From the NCBI GenBank assembly GCA_965204735.1, contig OZ242008.1, forward strand, positions 480,001 through 544,000: a DNA stretch of 64,000 bases. The letters run 5' to 3'. This document shows, one piece after another, positions 38,852-47,774 of the stretch. The translations under genes were made by a program, and so were the position numbers. The notes beneath the pieces are model-generated. The model did not search any database. It worked only from the letters and a program-made list of their open reading frames with translations, and was not told the DNA's origin. Position 1 is the stretch's first letter, and the number at the start of each line of letters is the position of its first letter. The DNA is from Longimicrobiales bacterium. Its GTDB lineage: Bacteria; Gemmatimonadota; Gemmatimonadetes; Longimicrobiales; Gaopeijiaceae.

Positions 38852-41800
38852 TCAAGCCCCGGACGTGGGGCTTGAGGAGGCGGACCGACCGAGACGCTGG
38901 TCGAACGTGGCCCACGCTCGCCGGTAATCGCCCTCCCGATCTGGTCGTGAGAACGGTGCGTGGTATTCGATGATACGTTCGATTGGGCCACCGGGCTGCG
39001 TGTCGTCGATGACGGCGCGGCTGACGACGCCTTCCTTGAGGTCGCGGATGTCATTCCAGCCCAAGGAAGTGCGGATCGGTTGTCTATCGGCGGGTGTGCG
39101 AATCTCGTAGCTACTACTATCGTTCTTGGCTGCTGTACGAGGAAGGCCGACGCCCGGGAGACCTTTCGACGGCGTGAAGACGATGCGGCCGTTGGCGTCG
39201 TACCAAGTATCGGTCTCGTATTGGCGCATGACCGGGAACTGGACGCGGTAGATGGTGAGGAGTTCTTCCAGCGTAAGGCCGAGAGCCATGGCGGAAAGGA
39301 TGTCGATCTCGACGAGGGCTTGGCGGCGGGCATAGTCGGTGCGGAGGGCGTTGCCGTAGCGCCAGTTGTGAGTGAGGGTTGAGAAGTCGTTCGGAAGGCG
39401 GGGATCGAAGGTGGTCCAGGAGTCGGCGAGAAAGAGGTCGGTGGCGGGAAGGCCGGAAGCCCCAGGGTTGGTCGGTGAAGGGATGAAGGAGCCGAAGGCG
39501 GCCTTCCACAGCTCGGCGTAATGTGTGGTGAGGCAGCAGAGACGAAGGACACGGATGCGGAGTGCGGCGCGGGCAGCCGGAACCGTATGCCCAGCGAGCA
39601 CGGGAAGACGGTGGAGCGACGTCGCGTTTACGTTACCGGCTCCGGTGGTCTTGACAAAAAAATCAAGCACTATTGTCATGGATAGCGCAAGGAAATCCAG
39701 CATGTCGCACAGGCTCTTGAATGCGCTGGCAACGCTGGCGTGCACGTGAGCCGGTCCTGAGGATATGATGGCCGTGATCAACGTTCTCTCTGCGGAGGAC
39801 CCGACCATCTGTCGGTTTACTATCCGGTAGTTATCCACCACTCGCGGGTGCGTCCCAGTCTCGTCCTTCCATGACACTCGCGGCGTCCGATCATCGTACT
39901 CGTCTAGAGCACATGCAGGCACGTAGTTGGTCCTCGGCAAGTAATCCTCCGGCAAAGTCGTAAGGTCCAGCACATCGTAATGACTGTTCAACGTGCATTT
40001 CTGGCGCGGTGTCTTGTTGAGCGGATTCCCGACGAAGAAGTGTGGCCCAGACAGCACCAGCTCGCTGGATGTTTTCGGGAATCGCGTCTCGCGACGAATC
40101 GTGCCATCACGCTGGGCCCCGGTCTCGTGCCAATGGAGAGTGAAGAAGACGTCGTCCCCCAAGTCCTCCAGCCGCCTCGGATGGGCTGCCAGCTTTGCCA
40201 GGGCACTGAGCAACGTCTTGGCGTGAAGCGCGGGAAGTCTGGCTTGATGGGACGGCGTTCCTTCCTCGTCGTAGAGCTTGGCGAAGTTGCCGAGGGCATC
40301 CAGGTCCACTTCAAGCACACGCTCGGCGTGCCCGGCCACATTCCACTTGCCCTTGTCATCCTTGATGCCGGGCACCGGGCCGTGGCCGTCGTGCTCCATG
40401 CAGGCGTCCACAGTCTGCGGCTGGAACAGATTCGCGATGTGCTGAAACGCTGGCTGTCGGGGCAGGCCTCCGTACACGTTGACGCTGAACTTAGTGTGGT
40501 GGTGGACTTCCGGGAACAGCCGCTTCTCGTTCTGGAACTGGAAGTGCGCCCGCAACCTGGGATACAACGCTTCGCGGAACGCACCACCCTTCGGATCGTC
40601 GTACACGCCGTCTGGATGCAGGAGCCCCGTCACGCCGCCGTCCTGCCGAGCCGCCATCCATGCCGACGGCAAGAAGCACTTGTACAGGTTCGTCTGCTGG
40701 CCCTTCAGCAACGGATAGTTCTGTACTCCGTTCAAGAAGGCCTGCGTCGCGTCGGCCTCCTCCATCTCGTCCAGCCACGCCCCCTGCAAACCCTCGTACC
40801 GATGGAACGCTGACCCTCGCAACTCGGTCACGTCCTTCGCCGACACCCTCCGCAACACCAGTGCCGGATTCTTCTCCCCGAGCACGCCCTTCTCCTGCCA
40901 CTCGACCTTCACCCACGGAGGATTCCCCAGCACCAAGTCGAACCCGCCCCGCTCGGCGAACAAGTCCGCGAACGCCAGCTCCCAGTGGTGGAACCGGTGC
41001 CGTTGCGCCAGCTCGTTCACGAACCGCAGCCGGGGGAACTCGGCGAAGAGCTTCTGAAGGTCCAGCATCCCGGTCTCGTTGGTGATCCGCCGGGCCATCT
41101 CTTCGGCGTGCTGGGCGTACTCGGCGCCGAAGAGGTCGTCGATCTCGTCGGGGCCGACGCCGGGCTGCTGAACGGCACCCGTCAGCACCAGGCTGATCTC
41201 GGACAGGAACTCGTCGCGGCGGGGCAGCTGCGCGGCCTCGCGGATCGGCCAGAACCACAGTGCGCACCAGTAGTCCATCACCAGCTTCAGGCGGCGATAA
41301 GGACTGGCAGTCCGCACGCCGTCGCCGTCACCGAAGATGCCTTGGGCGCGGATGCGGTCCTTCCACGTGTTGCTGGTGCGGCGCGGATGCGCGGAGGCGG
41401 GCTGGCCCCACACGGGCAGGGTGTCTTCGGTCTCCCTGTGGTCGCGGCCCAGCTGCTCGGCGTGCATCGCCCAGAGTTCGTCGACCTTGTCGGAGAGCAG
41501 CTCGAGCTTGGTCGTGTCCTCGGCGGAGAACGCCTTGAAGAAATCCAGTCGCCAAAGACGGATGCGCTCGAAGTTGGCCGCCTCCATCGCCTTCGCGGCC
41601 TTGTCCTTGTAGCCCACCATCCCGGGGTCCGGCAGCAGGAAGTGGTAGATGGTCCCGGGCGGACGGTGCGCCTCCGGCCCCGGCTCCACCCGCTCCGGCG
41701 CTTCGTTGAACCACAGGTCCGCCTTCTTCTGGCCTTTCGCCTTGCGCACCTTCTTCGCCGGATACACTTGCCGGCGCGCGCCCACCAGCGAGTTGCCGCA

Positions 41801-44002
41801 GGCCAGTTGATAGCCGAACCAGGGCACGTGTCCGTCCTCGTGGATGCAGTTGAGCCACAGCGACACTTCCGCCAGCTCGATGGCGACAGGGTTCAGGTCC
41901 ACGCCGTAGACGTTCCGGTCGGTGACGAAGTGGCGGACCCTCTGCAGCTCGTCGGCGTACTGGTCGTGAGGGATGCGCTTGCCCAGCTCGCGCTGCTTGC
42001 GGTCCAGGTACTTCTCGGAGAGCTGGTTGACGGCCTCGTTCAGGAACGCCGCCGAGCCCATGGCGGGCTCGCACACGGTCAGGCGCAGGATGTCGTCGGC
42101 GGGCATGTCGTCGGTGACGAGTTCGCGCAAAGAGTACTTGACCACGCAGCGGGTGAGCGACTCGGGCGTGTAGTAGCTGGCCGACTTCTGGCGGTCGCGG
42201 CCGGCCAGGCGGTAGACGAACGTGCCCTTGCGGTGGACGCGGAGCTTGAGGCGGCCGTCCTCGTCCCGGTCGTGGACGCGCTCGTCTTCCGAGTACTGTT
42301 CCAGGTCCTCGGCGCCGACGAAGAACGCGGCGTCCAAGTCGTCGTGCGCGGCCCCGGCCTTCTTGACCTCGTACAAGTCCTCTTCGGCGAAGAACCCCCG
42401 GTACGACAGCAGCGCCTCGTAGACCGCGCCCAGCTGGTTGATGCCCAACTGCGCGTAGGAGATGCGCCCCCTGCGCCGACGCTTGCCCGCGCCGCGTCCG
42501 CGACCCTTGCCGGCGCCGCCCTTGCCGCCTCGCCCTCTCGCCGCCCGCGTCAGCGACATCAGCCGGATCACCTTCTGCAGCACTTCGTTGCGCAACTTCA
42601 CCTTGTCGATCAGCGGCGTCGATCCCTCGCGGAAGAGCCGGCTGTCCAGCGGCCGCACGCGGAAGCCGAAGCGCAACGCGGGCTCGGAGCCGTTGGAGCG
42701 CCCTTCCATGCCCGGCAGCAGGTCCTCGCTGCCGCCCCAGTTGCTGCCGTCGAATCCGTCGCGCACCAGCCGGAACAGCCGCTCCACGCTGTGGTGGATG
42801 TAGTGGCCGTCGCGGGACTCGGGCGTGTCGAGCCGCACCATCTCCAGGTCGCGCAGGTGCTCCAGGCTGTATCCCTTGCGGTAGGCGTCGGAGGCCACGG
42901 GCGCGTATCCGAGCTCCGGGCGCGCCTCGATGTAGAAGAGGAAGAGCAGGCGGTACATGTAGCGCAGGCACTCCAGGCCCAGCTGGCCCGCCAAGGCGTC
43001 GTCGTCCAAGCCGAAGAGCTTGTCGTGGCGCACCTCGCGCATGTACCGGACGACCTCGTTGCCGACCAGCTCGATCGACTCGCGGAGCGCGTACTTCAAG
43101 TCCTCGGAGACGGCGAAGGCGTGCTTGTGGCTGTTCTCGTCCAAGTGGTCCAGCAGGCCATGGCTTTGCCCGTCCGGGGGCAACAGGCTGTCGCGGTGGA
43201 GCAGGACGGCGGCCGCCTTGAGGGTGGGGTCGTCGCGACGGCCCAGGATCTCCGCGAAGTCGAAGCGAAGCAGGCGGTTGTGCGTCCACTTGCTTCGTTC
43301 AAGCAGTAGCGCTTGGCCGAACGACAGCAGGAGGAGCCAGCGGGGCGGGTGCTCCTGACCGAACACGCGGCGCGTCGCCACGTCCTCCCAGCGCTCGTCC
43401 CGCAGCGTCGCCGACGGAGGCGCCTCCCCGTGGAACTGGGCGGGATGGGGCCTGACGGACAGCGGGTCGTCGCCCTCCGCGCCGGCGTCGTAAGCCTCCA
43501 GGACCAGCAGCTGGGGCGCGCCCGCGCTGCTTCGGCCGGCCGCGCACAGCACGGGGAGTTCGACGCCGTCGTCGAGCGGCAGGTTGGCCGGGCGCCAGTC
43601 GGCTTCGTACCCCAGCGCGTCGAGGAAGCGGCGGAACCACTGGCGCTGGGCGGCGATCTGGTCGGCGTGGACTTGATGGGCGGCCTGCCGAACGCTCGCC
43701 CGCCGAGCCGCCCGTCGCTCGAAGGCGTCGCGAAACCGAGCGTAGTCGGTCGCCAAGGCGCGGAGGGCCGCGTGAGGCGTGCGGTGCGGCACGGCGGCTT
43801 GGCCGTCCGGGTCGGCTGCGTCGGAGTCCGCCGCGATGGAGGAAGTCCTGTCGCCTGAAGTCACGTCCCCCGTCGCGTCGTCCTGCCAGCGCTTGATCGT
43901 TTCCTTGATGTCGCCGGTGAATATCTCCGACAGGTAGTGGTGGCTGTAGAACTCGTTCTCGTTGTGGATTCCGGCGAAGGTGGCGGCGGCTTCGAGCGCC
44001 AT
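38852..44002 (-). CDS. Large N6-adenine DNA methyltransferase (Eco57I/type IIG/DrmMI-like), 1716 aa
   Basis: QLGAVYEALL, SYYTP, motif I CEPAMGSAAFL, YGVDLNP, motif IV GNPPW; C-terminal TRD-like region. Confidence 0.92.
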   Translation of the reverse strand: MALEAAATFAGIHNENEFYSHHYLSEIFTGDIKETIKRWQDDATGDVTSGDRTSSIAADSDAADPDGQAAVPHRTPHAALRALATDYARFRDAFERRAARRASVRQAAHQVHADQIAAQRQWFRRFLDALGYEADWRPANLPLDDGVELPVLCAAGRSSAGAPQLLVLEAYDAGAEGDDPLSVRPHPAQFHGEAPPSATLRDERWEDVATRRVFGQEHPPRWLLLLSFGQALLLERSKWTHNRLLRFDFAEILGRRDDPTLKAAAVLLHRDSLLPPDGQSHGLLDHLDENSHKHAFAVSEDLKYALRESIELVGNEVVRYMREVRHDKLFGLDDDALAGQLGLECLRYMYRLLFLFYIEARPELGYAPVASDAYRKGYSLEHLRDLEMVRLDTPESRDGHYIHHSVERLFRLVRDGFDGSNWGGSEDLLPGMEGRSNGSEPALRFGFRVRPLDSRLFREGSTPLIDKVKLRNEVLQKVIRLMSLTRAARGRGGKGGAGKGRGRGAGKRRRRGRISYAQLGINQLGAVYEALLSYRGFFAEEDLYEVKKAGAAHDDLDAAFFVGAEDLEQYSEDERVHDRDEDGRLKLRVHRKGTFVYRLAGRDRQKSASYYTPESLTRCVVKYSLRELVTDDMPADDILRLTVCEPAMGSAAFLNEAVNQLSEKYLDRKQRELGKRIPHDQYADELQRVRHFVTDRNVYGVDLNPVAIELAEVSLWLNCIHEDGHVPWFGYQLACGNSLVGARRQVYPAKKVRKAKGQKKADLWFNEAPERVEPGPEAHRPPGTIYHFLLPDPGMVGYKDKAAKAMEAANFERIRLWRLDFFKAFSAEDTTKLELLSDKVDELWAMHAEQLGRDHRETEDTLPVWGQPASAHPRRTSNTWKDRIRAQGIFGDGDGVRTASPYRRLKLVMDYWCALWFWPIREAAQLPRRDEFLSEISLVLTGAVQQPGVGPDEIDDLFGAEYAQHAEEMARRITNETGMLDLQKLFAEFPRLRFVNELAQRHRFHHWELAFADLFAERGGFDLVLGNPPWVKVEWQEKGVLGEKNPALVLRRVSAKDVTELRGSAFHRYEGLQGAWLDEMEEADATQAFLNGVQNYPLLKGQQTNLYKCFLPSAWMAARQDGGVTGLLHPDGVYDDPKGGAFREALYPRLRAHFQFQNEKRLFPEVHHHTKFSVNVYGGLPRQPAFQHIANLFQPQTVDACMEHDGHGPVPGIKDDKGKWNVAGHAERVLEVDLDALGNFAKLYDEEGTPSHQARLPALHAKTLLSALAKLAAHPRRLEDLGDDVFFTLHWHETGAQRDGTIRRETRFPKTSSELVLSGPHFFVGNPLNKTPRQKCTLNSHYDVLDLTTLPEDYLPRTNYVPACALDEYDDRTPRVSWKDETGTHPRVVDNYRIVNRQMVGSSAERTLITAIISSGPAHVHASVASAFKSLCDMLDFLALSMTIVLDFFVKTTGAGNVNATSLHRLPVLAGHTVPAARAALRIRVLRLCCLTTHYAELWKAAFGSFIPSPTNPGASGLPATDLFLADSWTTFDPRLPNDFSTLTHNWRYGNALRTDYARRQALVEIDILSAMALGLTLEELLTIYRVQFPVMRQYETDTWYDANGRIVFTPSKGLPGVGLPRTAAKNDSSSYEIRTPADRQPIRTSLGWNDIRDLKEGVVSRAVIDDTQPGGPIERIIEYHAPFSRPDREGDYRRAWATFDQRLGRSASSSPTSGA

Positions 44003-44005
44003 TGA

Positions 44006-45325
44006 TCAGTCCCTCCAGGCCCGGAACGCCTTCATCTGCTCCATGCGCGCCCGGTAGCCCGCCGGCCCCCGCTCGATCAGGCCCGCGCCGACCAGCCAGT
44101 TGAGGTCGCGAGTCAGCGTCTTGCCGGTCCTGTCGGCGTACATGTGCGCCACCTGCGACGTGAGCGCCGGCACGTCCCGCTTCCGGACCGGCTTGTCCAG
44201 CGCAGACAACGCCAGCACGACCTCCCTTCGGCGGCGAGCCGCCAGCGTCTGCTTGCCTTGCCGAAACGTCTGGAACACGAAGTGCTCCCACGCCAGCTCC
44301 ATCTGCACCTGTTCGATGTACCGGCACTGGTCGGCGAGCCCGTCCACGAACCCCCGGACCGCGTACTCCACGAACCCGAACGCATCGCCGTGCTCGTCGT
44401 CGCGACCGTGGCCGCCCACCCGGCTGGACCGGTCCAGTTCTCGGTAGTAGCGGTTGCGTGTGAGGTTGAAGTGGTTGCTCATCAGGTGCGCCGACGGGAA
44501 CGGAACCCCGGCCCGCGCCAGCAGCATGAACTCGACGAGCCGCGCCGTCCGCCCGTTGCCGTCCCCGTACGGGTGAATCCACGCAATGTACAGATGGGCC
44601 AGCGTCGCCTTCAGGATGCCCTCCGCCATGCGCCGGCGCCGGGCGTCCTGGAAGACCCGACGAGGGGTGCCAACCGCCGGGTCGGCCGCGTCGGTCGGAG
44701 CTCCGGCGTGCCCCCTCTGGGACGGCCCCTCTTGGGACACGCCCCCTTCGGCCGCCCCCGTCCTGGGACCCGGCACGTCGTCCTCGTCCAACCACCGGCA
44801 AAGTCGGTCCAGCAGGTAGTCGCAGTCCTCTCTCGGCGCGGCCCGATACCGGCCGACCCCGACCTGGAAGGCGGGCACCTCTCCCGGAACGACTCCTTCC
44901 CCCAGCACCTCTTCCAGCCCGCCGAGCACGGCCCGGTTGGCGTCGGCGATCCACTTTCGTGTAAGCCGCGGCGCGGTTCCGGCCATAATCCGGTCCCGAA
45001 TGTCCCTGCAGGCGTCCAAGATGTTGACCACTTCCTGTCCCAAGTAGCCCTGCGACGGCGGCAGGTCGAGGGTACCGTCCAGTGCCTGGCCCACCTGTTC
45101 CTCGGTCAGCGTGTTGTTCTCGATGGCGGTCGTCGCCCTGGCGCCCTTGACGAGGTACGTCGCGTAGAGCCCCCGGGCGGCACGCGGCGGCAAGACGGTG
45201 CCCGAAACCTGCTCGCAGAGTGCCACGGCCTGCCCCAGCAGCGCCCAGAGCCGGGGCGCCGCCCGGTCGAGGTTGATCGAGAAGCTGATCCAGGGGTGGC
45301 TGGTCTGGTAGGCGCGTGGGGTCAT
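44006..45325 (-). CDS. Fic family protein with C-terminal HTH
   Basis: Fic motif HPYGDGNGRTAR, ATTAIENN, C-terminal KTLTRDLNWLVGAGLI winged-helix pattern. Stop lies 3 nt before the MTase ATG. Confidence 0.9.
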   Translation of the reverse strand: MTPRAYQTSHPWISFSINLDRAAPRLWALLGQAVALCEQVSGTVLPPRAARGLYATYLVKGARATTAIENNTLTEEQVGQALDGTLDLPPSQGYLGQEVVNILDACRDIRDRIMAGTAPRLTRKWIADANRAVLGGLEEVLGEGVVPGEVPAFQVGVGRYRAAPREDCDYLLDRLCRWLDEDDVPGPRTGAAEGGVSQEGPSQRGHAGAPTDAADPAVGTPRRVFQDARRRRMAEGILKATLAHLYIAWIHPYGDGNGRTARLVEFMLLARAGVPFPSAHLMSNHFNLTRNRYYRELDRSSRVGGHGRDDEHGDAFGFVEYAVRGFVDGLADQCRYIEQVQMELAWEHFVFQTFRQGKQTLAARRRREVVLALSALDKPVRKRDVPALTSQVAHMYADRTGKTLTRDLNWLVGAGLIERGPAGYRARMEQMKAFRAWRD

Positions 45326-45338
45326 GGGAGGAAGCGTC

Positions 45339-45395
45339 GATTTCGCATGGTCAGAATGTCCGTGCGACTGTCCCGTTTCGCAAGTCTCGATGTCC
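45339..45395. promoter_or_regulatory. Triple-TGTCC element, copy 3 (just upstream of the Fic ATG)
   Basis: GATTTC 45339, AATGTCC 45355, TGTCCC 45369, TGTCC 45391. Confidence 0.65.
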
Positions 45396-45528
45396 AGCGT
45401 GGTGCCCGGACGCCGACGGCCGAGATTACCCGGCACCTTCCAACGCGGGGCTTGACGCGACGGTTCCTGTCGCAGACGGTCAGACCCTTGGATGCGGACT
45501 TCGACGCCACCATCTCCGGGAGGGACAC

Positions 45529-45765
45529 ATGTCAGCGGCTGGACGATCTATCGATAGCGAGCGTGACGCCTTCTTGCGCCATGTCTGTGGTCTGCTGATC
45601 GCCAGTATGCCGCATGAAGGCCTGGAAGAAGTCTTCGCACATCTCTTGGAAGCTCACGACTTTCACACGGAGAACCGGGTTGCCGGCGCCCGAGCGTCAG
45701 GAAACCGTCGTGACTACGGTGGTCGTATCTGGACGCGTCAGCCGCCCGACACTGGTGCTGGATAG
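45529..45765 (+). CDS. Small hypothetical protein, possibly frameshifted
   Basis: GGAGG RBS and ATG at 45529. The protein-like tail appears to continue in another frame (LPAPE..VSRPTLVLD). Confidence 0.35.
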   Translation: MSAAGRSIDSERDAFLRHVCGLLIASMPHEGLEEVFAHLLEAHDFHTENRVAGARASGNRRDYGGRIWTRQPPDTGAG

Positions 45766-46049
45766 CGAACCTCCGCACGGTCCAAGACCTCCTGCCTGAA
45801 GTACGGGCTCAGATCTTCGGGCGTCCTCAGATCAACCTGGCGTCCACCAAAGATGCGGGCCAAGCCGAACTCCAGCTCGGCGATGCCCAGCAAACCGGGG
45901 ACGCGATGGGGTTCGAATTCGACCAGCAAGTCGATATCGCTGCTCGGCCCGAAGTCGTCCTCGAGGGCCGAGCCGAACACCGCGAGCTTCTTGATCCCAT
46001 TCCCTTGGCAAAACGCCGCCAGGGCCGTTTCGGACACGGAGATGTTCAT
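45738..46049 (-). CDS. Minimal nucleotidyltransferase (MNT antitoxin-like), no adjacent HEPN gene
   Basis: VFGSA..DDF...SDIDLLVEF and RQVDL; 103 aa. Confidence 0.88.
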   Translation of the reverse strand: MNISVSETALAAFCQGNGIKKLAVFGSALEDDFGPSSDIDLLVEFEPHRVPGLLGIAELEFGLARIFGGRQVDLRTPEDLSPYFRQEVLDRAEVRYPAPVSGG

Positions 46050-46138
46050 CCGCCCACCATCACGCAGACGACCTTGATGTACGGCTGGCGCTCCAGCGTC
46101 ATCGTGTCCTCGACCCACTCCAGATAGTCATCGAAGAT
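46050..46138 (-). repeat. 89-bp direct copy of the SNF2 gene 3' end (47782-47870)
   Basis: 86/89 identical. Its reading frame ends at a TGA overlapping the MNT ATG. Confidence 0.95.
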
Positions 46139-46153
46139 CCCGCTTGCGTAGGA

Positions 46154-46195
46154 GGACTATCGGGCGCGCATGGAGCAGATGAAGGCGTTCGGGGC
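46154..46195 (+). repeat. 42-bp inverted copy of the Fic gene 3' end (44019-44060)
   Basis: 39/42 identical, with a 30-bp perfect core (46161-46190) encoding RARMEQMKAF. Confidence 0.92.
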
Positions 46196-46224
46196 ACGGT
46201 TTCCGGCCAGAATCCTGTCTTCGA

Positions 46225-47190
46225 CTACGACGCCGGGAGCTGAGGCGGCTCAACCAAGTTGTGCATGGGAATTGCTTGGTGCTTGATGAAAGCTCGGCCC
46301 ATGTGATTCTCTACAATCTTGACCGCCGGCGTAGCTGCAAACGTGTGAGTTGTGGCATGAAACACGGACAACCCCAAGTCTTGCAACGTCTCGTCGTTCT
46401 CCAAAGGCACTACCACAAGTCCTTTCTTTTCTAGCTGGGATCGTGACAGATGTCTGCTATGGCTCCCGAACCCCTTGTGATCGGCAAGCCACTCCGCAAT
46501 CGATTCAGCTCTTTGGGACGAATCGTTCTCTTCTCTAAACATGTAGGTCTGAAGCCATGTTTTGACCAGTTCTTTGGACATTGCCAACGCTGCTTCGCAT
46601 CGCACCAGAAGATCTGGACCATACTGGCTCAGCATGGGCAGCCAAGCTGCCAGGCGGCTTGAGTCCTCGCACTCACGCCGAGCCTGACCAAACTGGTCGA
46701 GAATTGCCTGGGCGGGTGCCAGGCGTTTCCCCAACTGGGTCTCCAACAAGATCTGTGGATCGGTTGGTCCCAAGAAGGAATGCTTGCCCAATACGATCTC
46801 GTCCGCCGCGCACGCGATCATTGTAGCTGCCGACATGGCAAGCTGAGGTACGATGACCCGAATATGGCTAAACCGTGAACGCAAGTATGAAACCACAGCC
46901 TCGGCGGCTTCGGGTGATCCTCCGGGACTATGCAGCACTAGATCAAGATCAGTTCCGTCCAAGCCATACACGACTTCCATAAGAGCTTGTATGTCTTCGT
47001 CGACTATCGACACAAGACCCGGTGTCACATCTTGTTTCTGGAGCCACGCGGATGCGTACAGAATAACGTTGCGCTCGGAATGCTTGTGCAACTGTGCGAG
47101 ATATCTCCTGCGGATTACGTCAAAAGCCCGAGGTTCCCCTTGTGGAGTTGCCTCAGCTAGTTCCTTAAGTATGTCGCTCCAGATTGGCAT
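46225..47190 (-). CDS. SDH-family ClpP-fold (S49-like) serine protease
   Basis: LDLVLHSPGGS, AMSAATMIAC, LGPTDPQ, SHSRH; visibly lower GC. Confidence 0.88.
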   Translation of the reverse strand: MPIWSDILKELAEATPQGEPRAFDVIRRRYLAQLHKHSERNVILYASAWLQKQDVTPGLVSIVDEDIQALMEVVYGLDGTDLDLVLHSPGGSPEAAEAVVSYLRSRFSHIRVIVPQLAMSAATMIACAADEIVLGKHSFLGPTDPQILLETQLGKRLAPAQAILDQFGQARRECEDSSRLAAWLPMLSQYGPDLLVRCEAALAMSKELVKTWLQTYMFREENDSSQRAESIAEWLADHKGFGSHSRHLSRSQLEKKGLVVVPLENDETLQDLGLSVFHATTHTFAATPAVKIVENHMGRAFIKHQAIPMHNLVEPPQLPAS

Positions 47191-47227
47191 GAAGGCTCCT
47201 TCCGATCCAGCGTTGATACTGAAGCAG

Positions 47228-47449
47228 TCAACGATGGAAGAATGCGGTGTGATTTGTGGTGGTCGTGACGACCTGATTCCGCGAAATCGCTCGATGTGGC
47301 TCGAGGCTCCGATCAGCTTGTTTCCAAGCTCCGTAGACCTTCATGAGCTCTCGAATGCCGGGTCGTGCGGATACCTCGCGGATCAGGGATTCGCAGTCCT
47401 GCTGACGCTGGGACTGGCGACTAGGCGGGACTTTCTTCCGGTGGGCCAT
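47228..47449 (-). CDS. Small basic protein upstream of the SDH protease
   Basis: GGAG RBS, ATG 47449, 73 aa, co-oriented 37 nt before the protease. Confidence 0.5.
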   Translation of the reverse strand: MAHRKKVPPSRQSQRQQDCESLIREVSARPGIRELMKVYGAWKQADRSLEPHRAISRNQVVTTTTNHTAFFHR

Positions 47450-47774
47450 TAGCACTCCATTGCTCTTGGGAAGCAGGCTGGCTAGCCAACGCTAACGACG
47501 CGGGCATCGCCAGACAAGGTGGGCTCCCCTTCCCGAACCGCGACAGCCGGAGGACCGGCACCGTCCGGCGTGCGTCCCGGCGGTGCTGGACCTGGTCCGA
47601 ACTGGTCTCCGCGACTGGATTCGGCAGGTCCTGCGGCACCCTCCGTACGGCCCGCAGTCAGCTTGGTACCGTTCAATCGCTCACCCGAAGCTTCGGAGGC
47701 CGTGCCGGGTGGTGGGCGACCGACAGAAGATCGGCGGGCTTGCCGGAGTCGTGCGGTACGTGCCTTCCCGGTCC

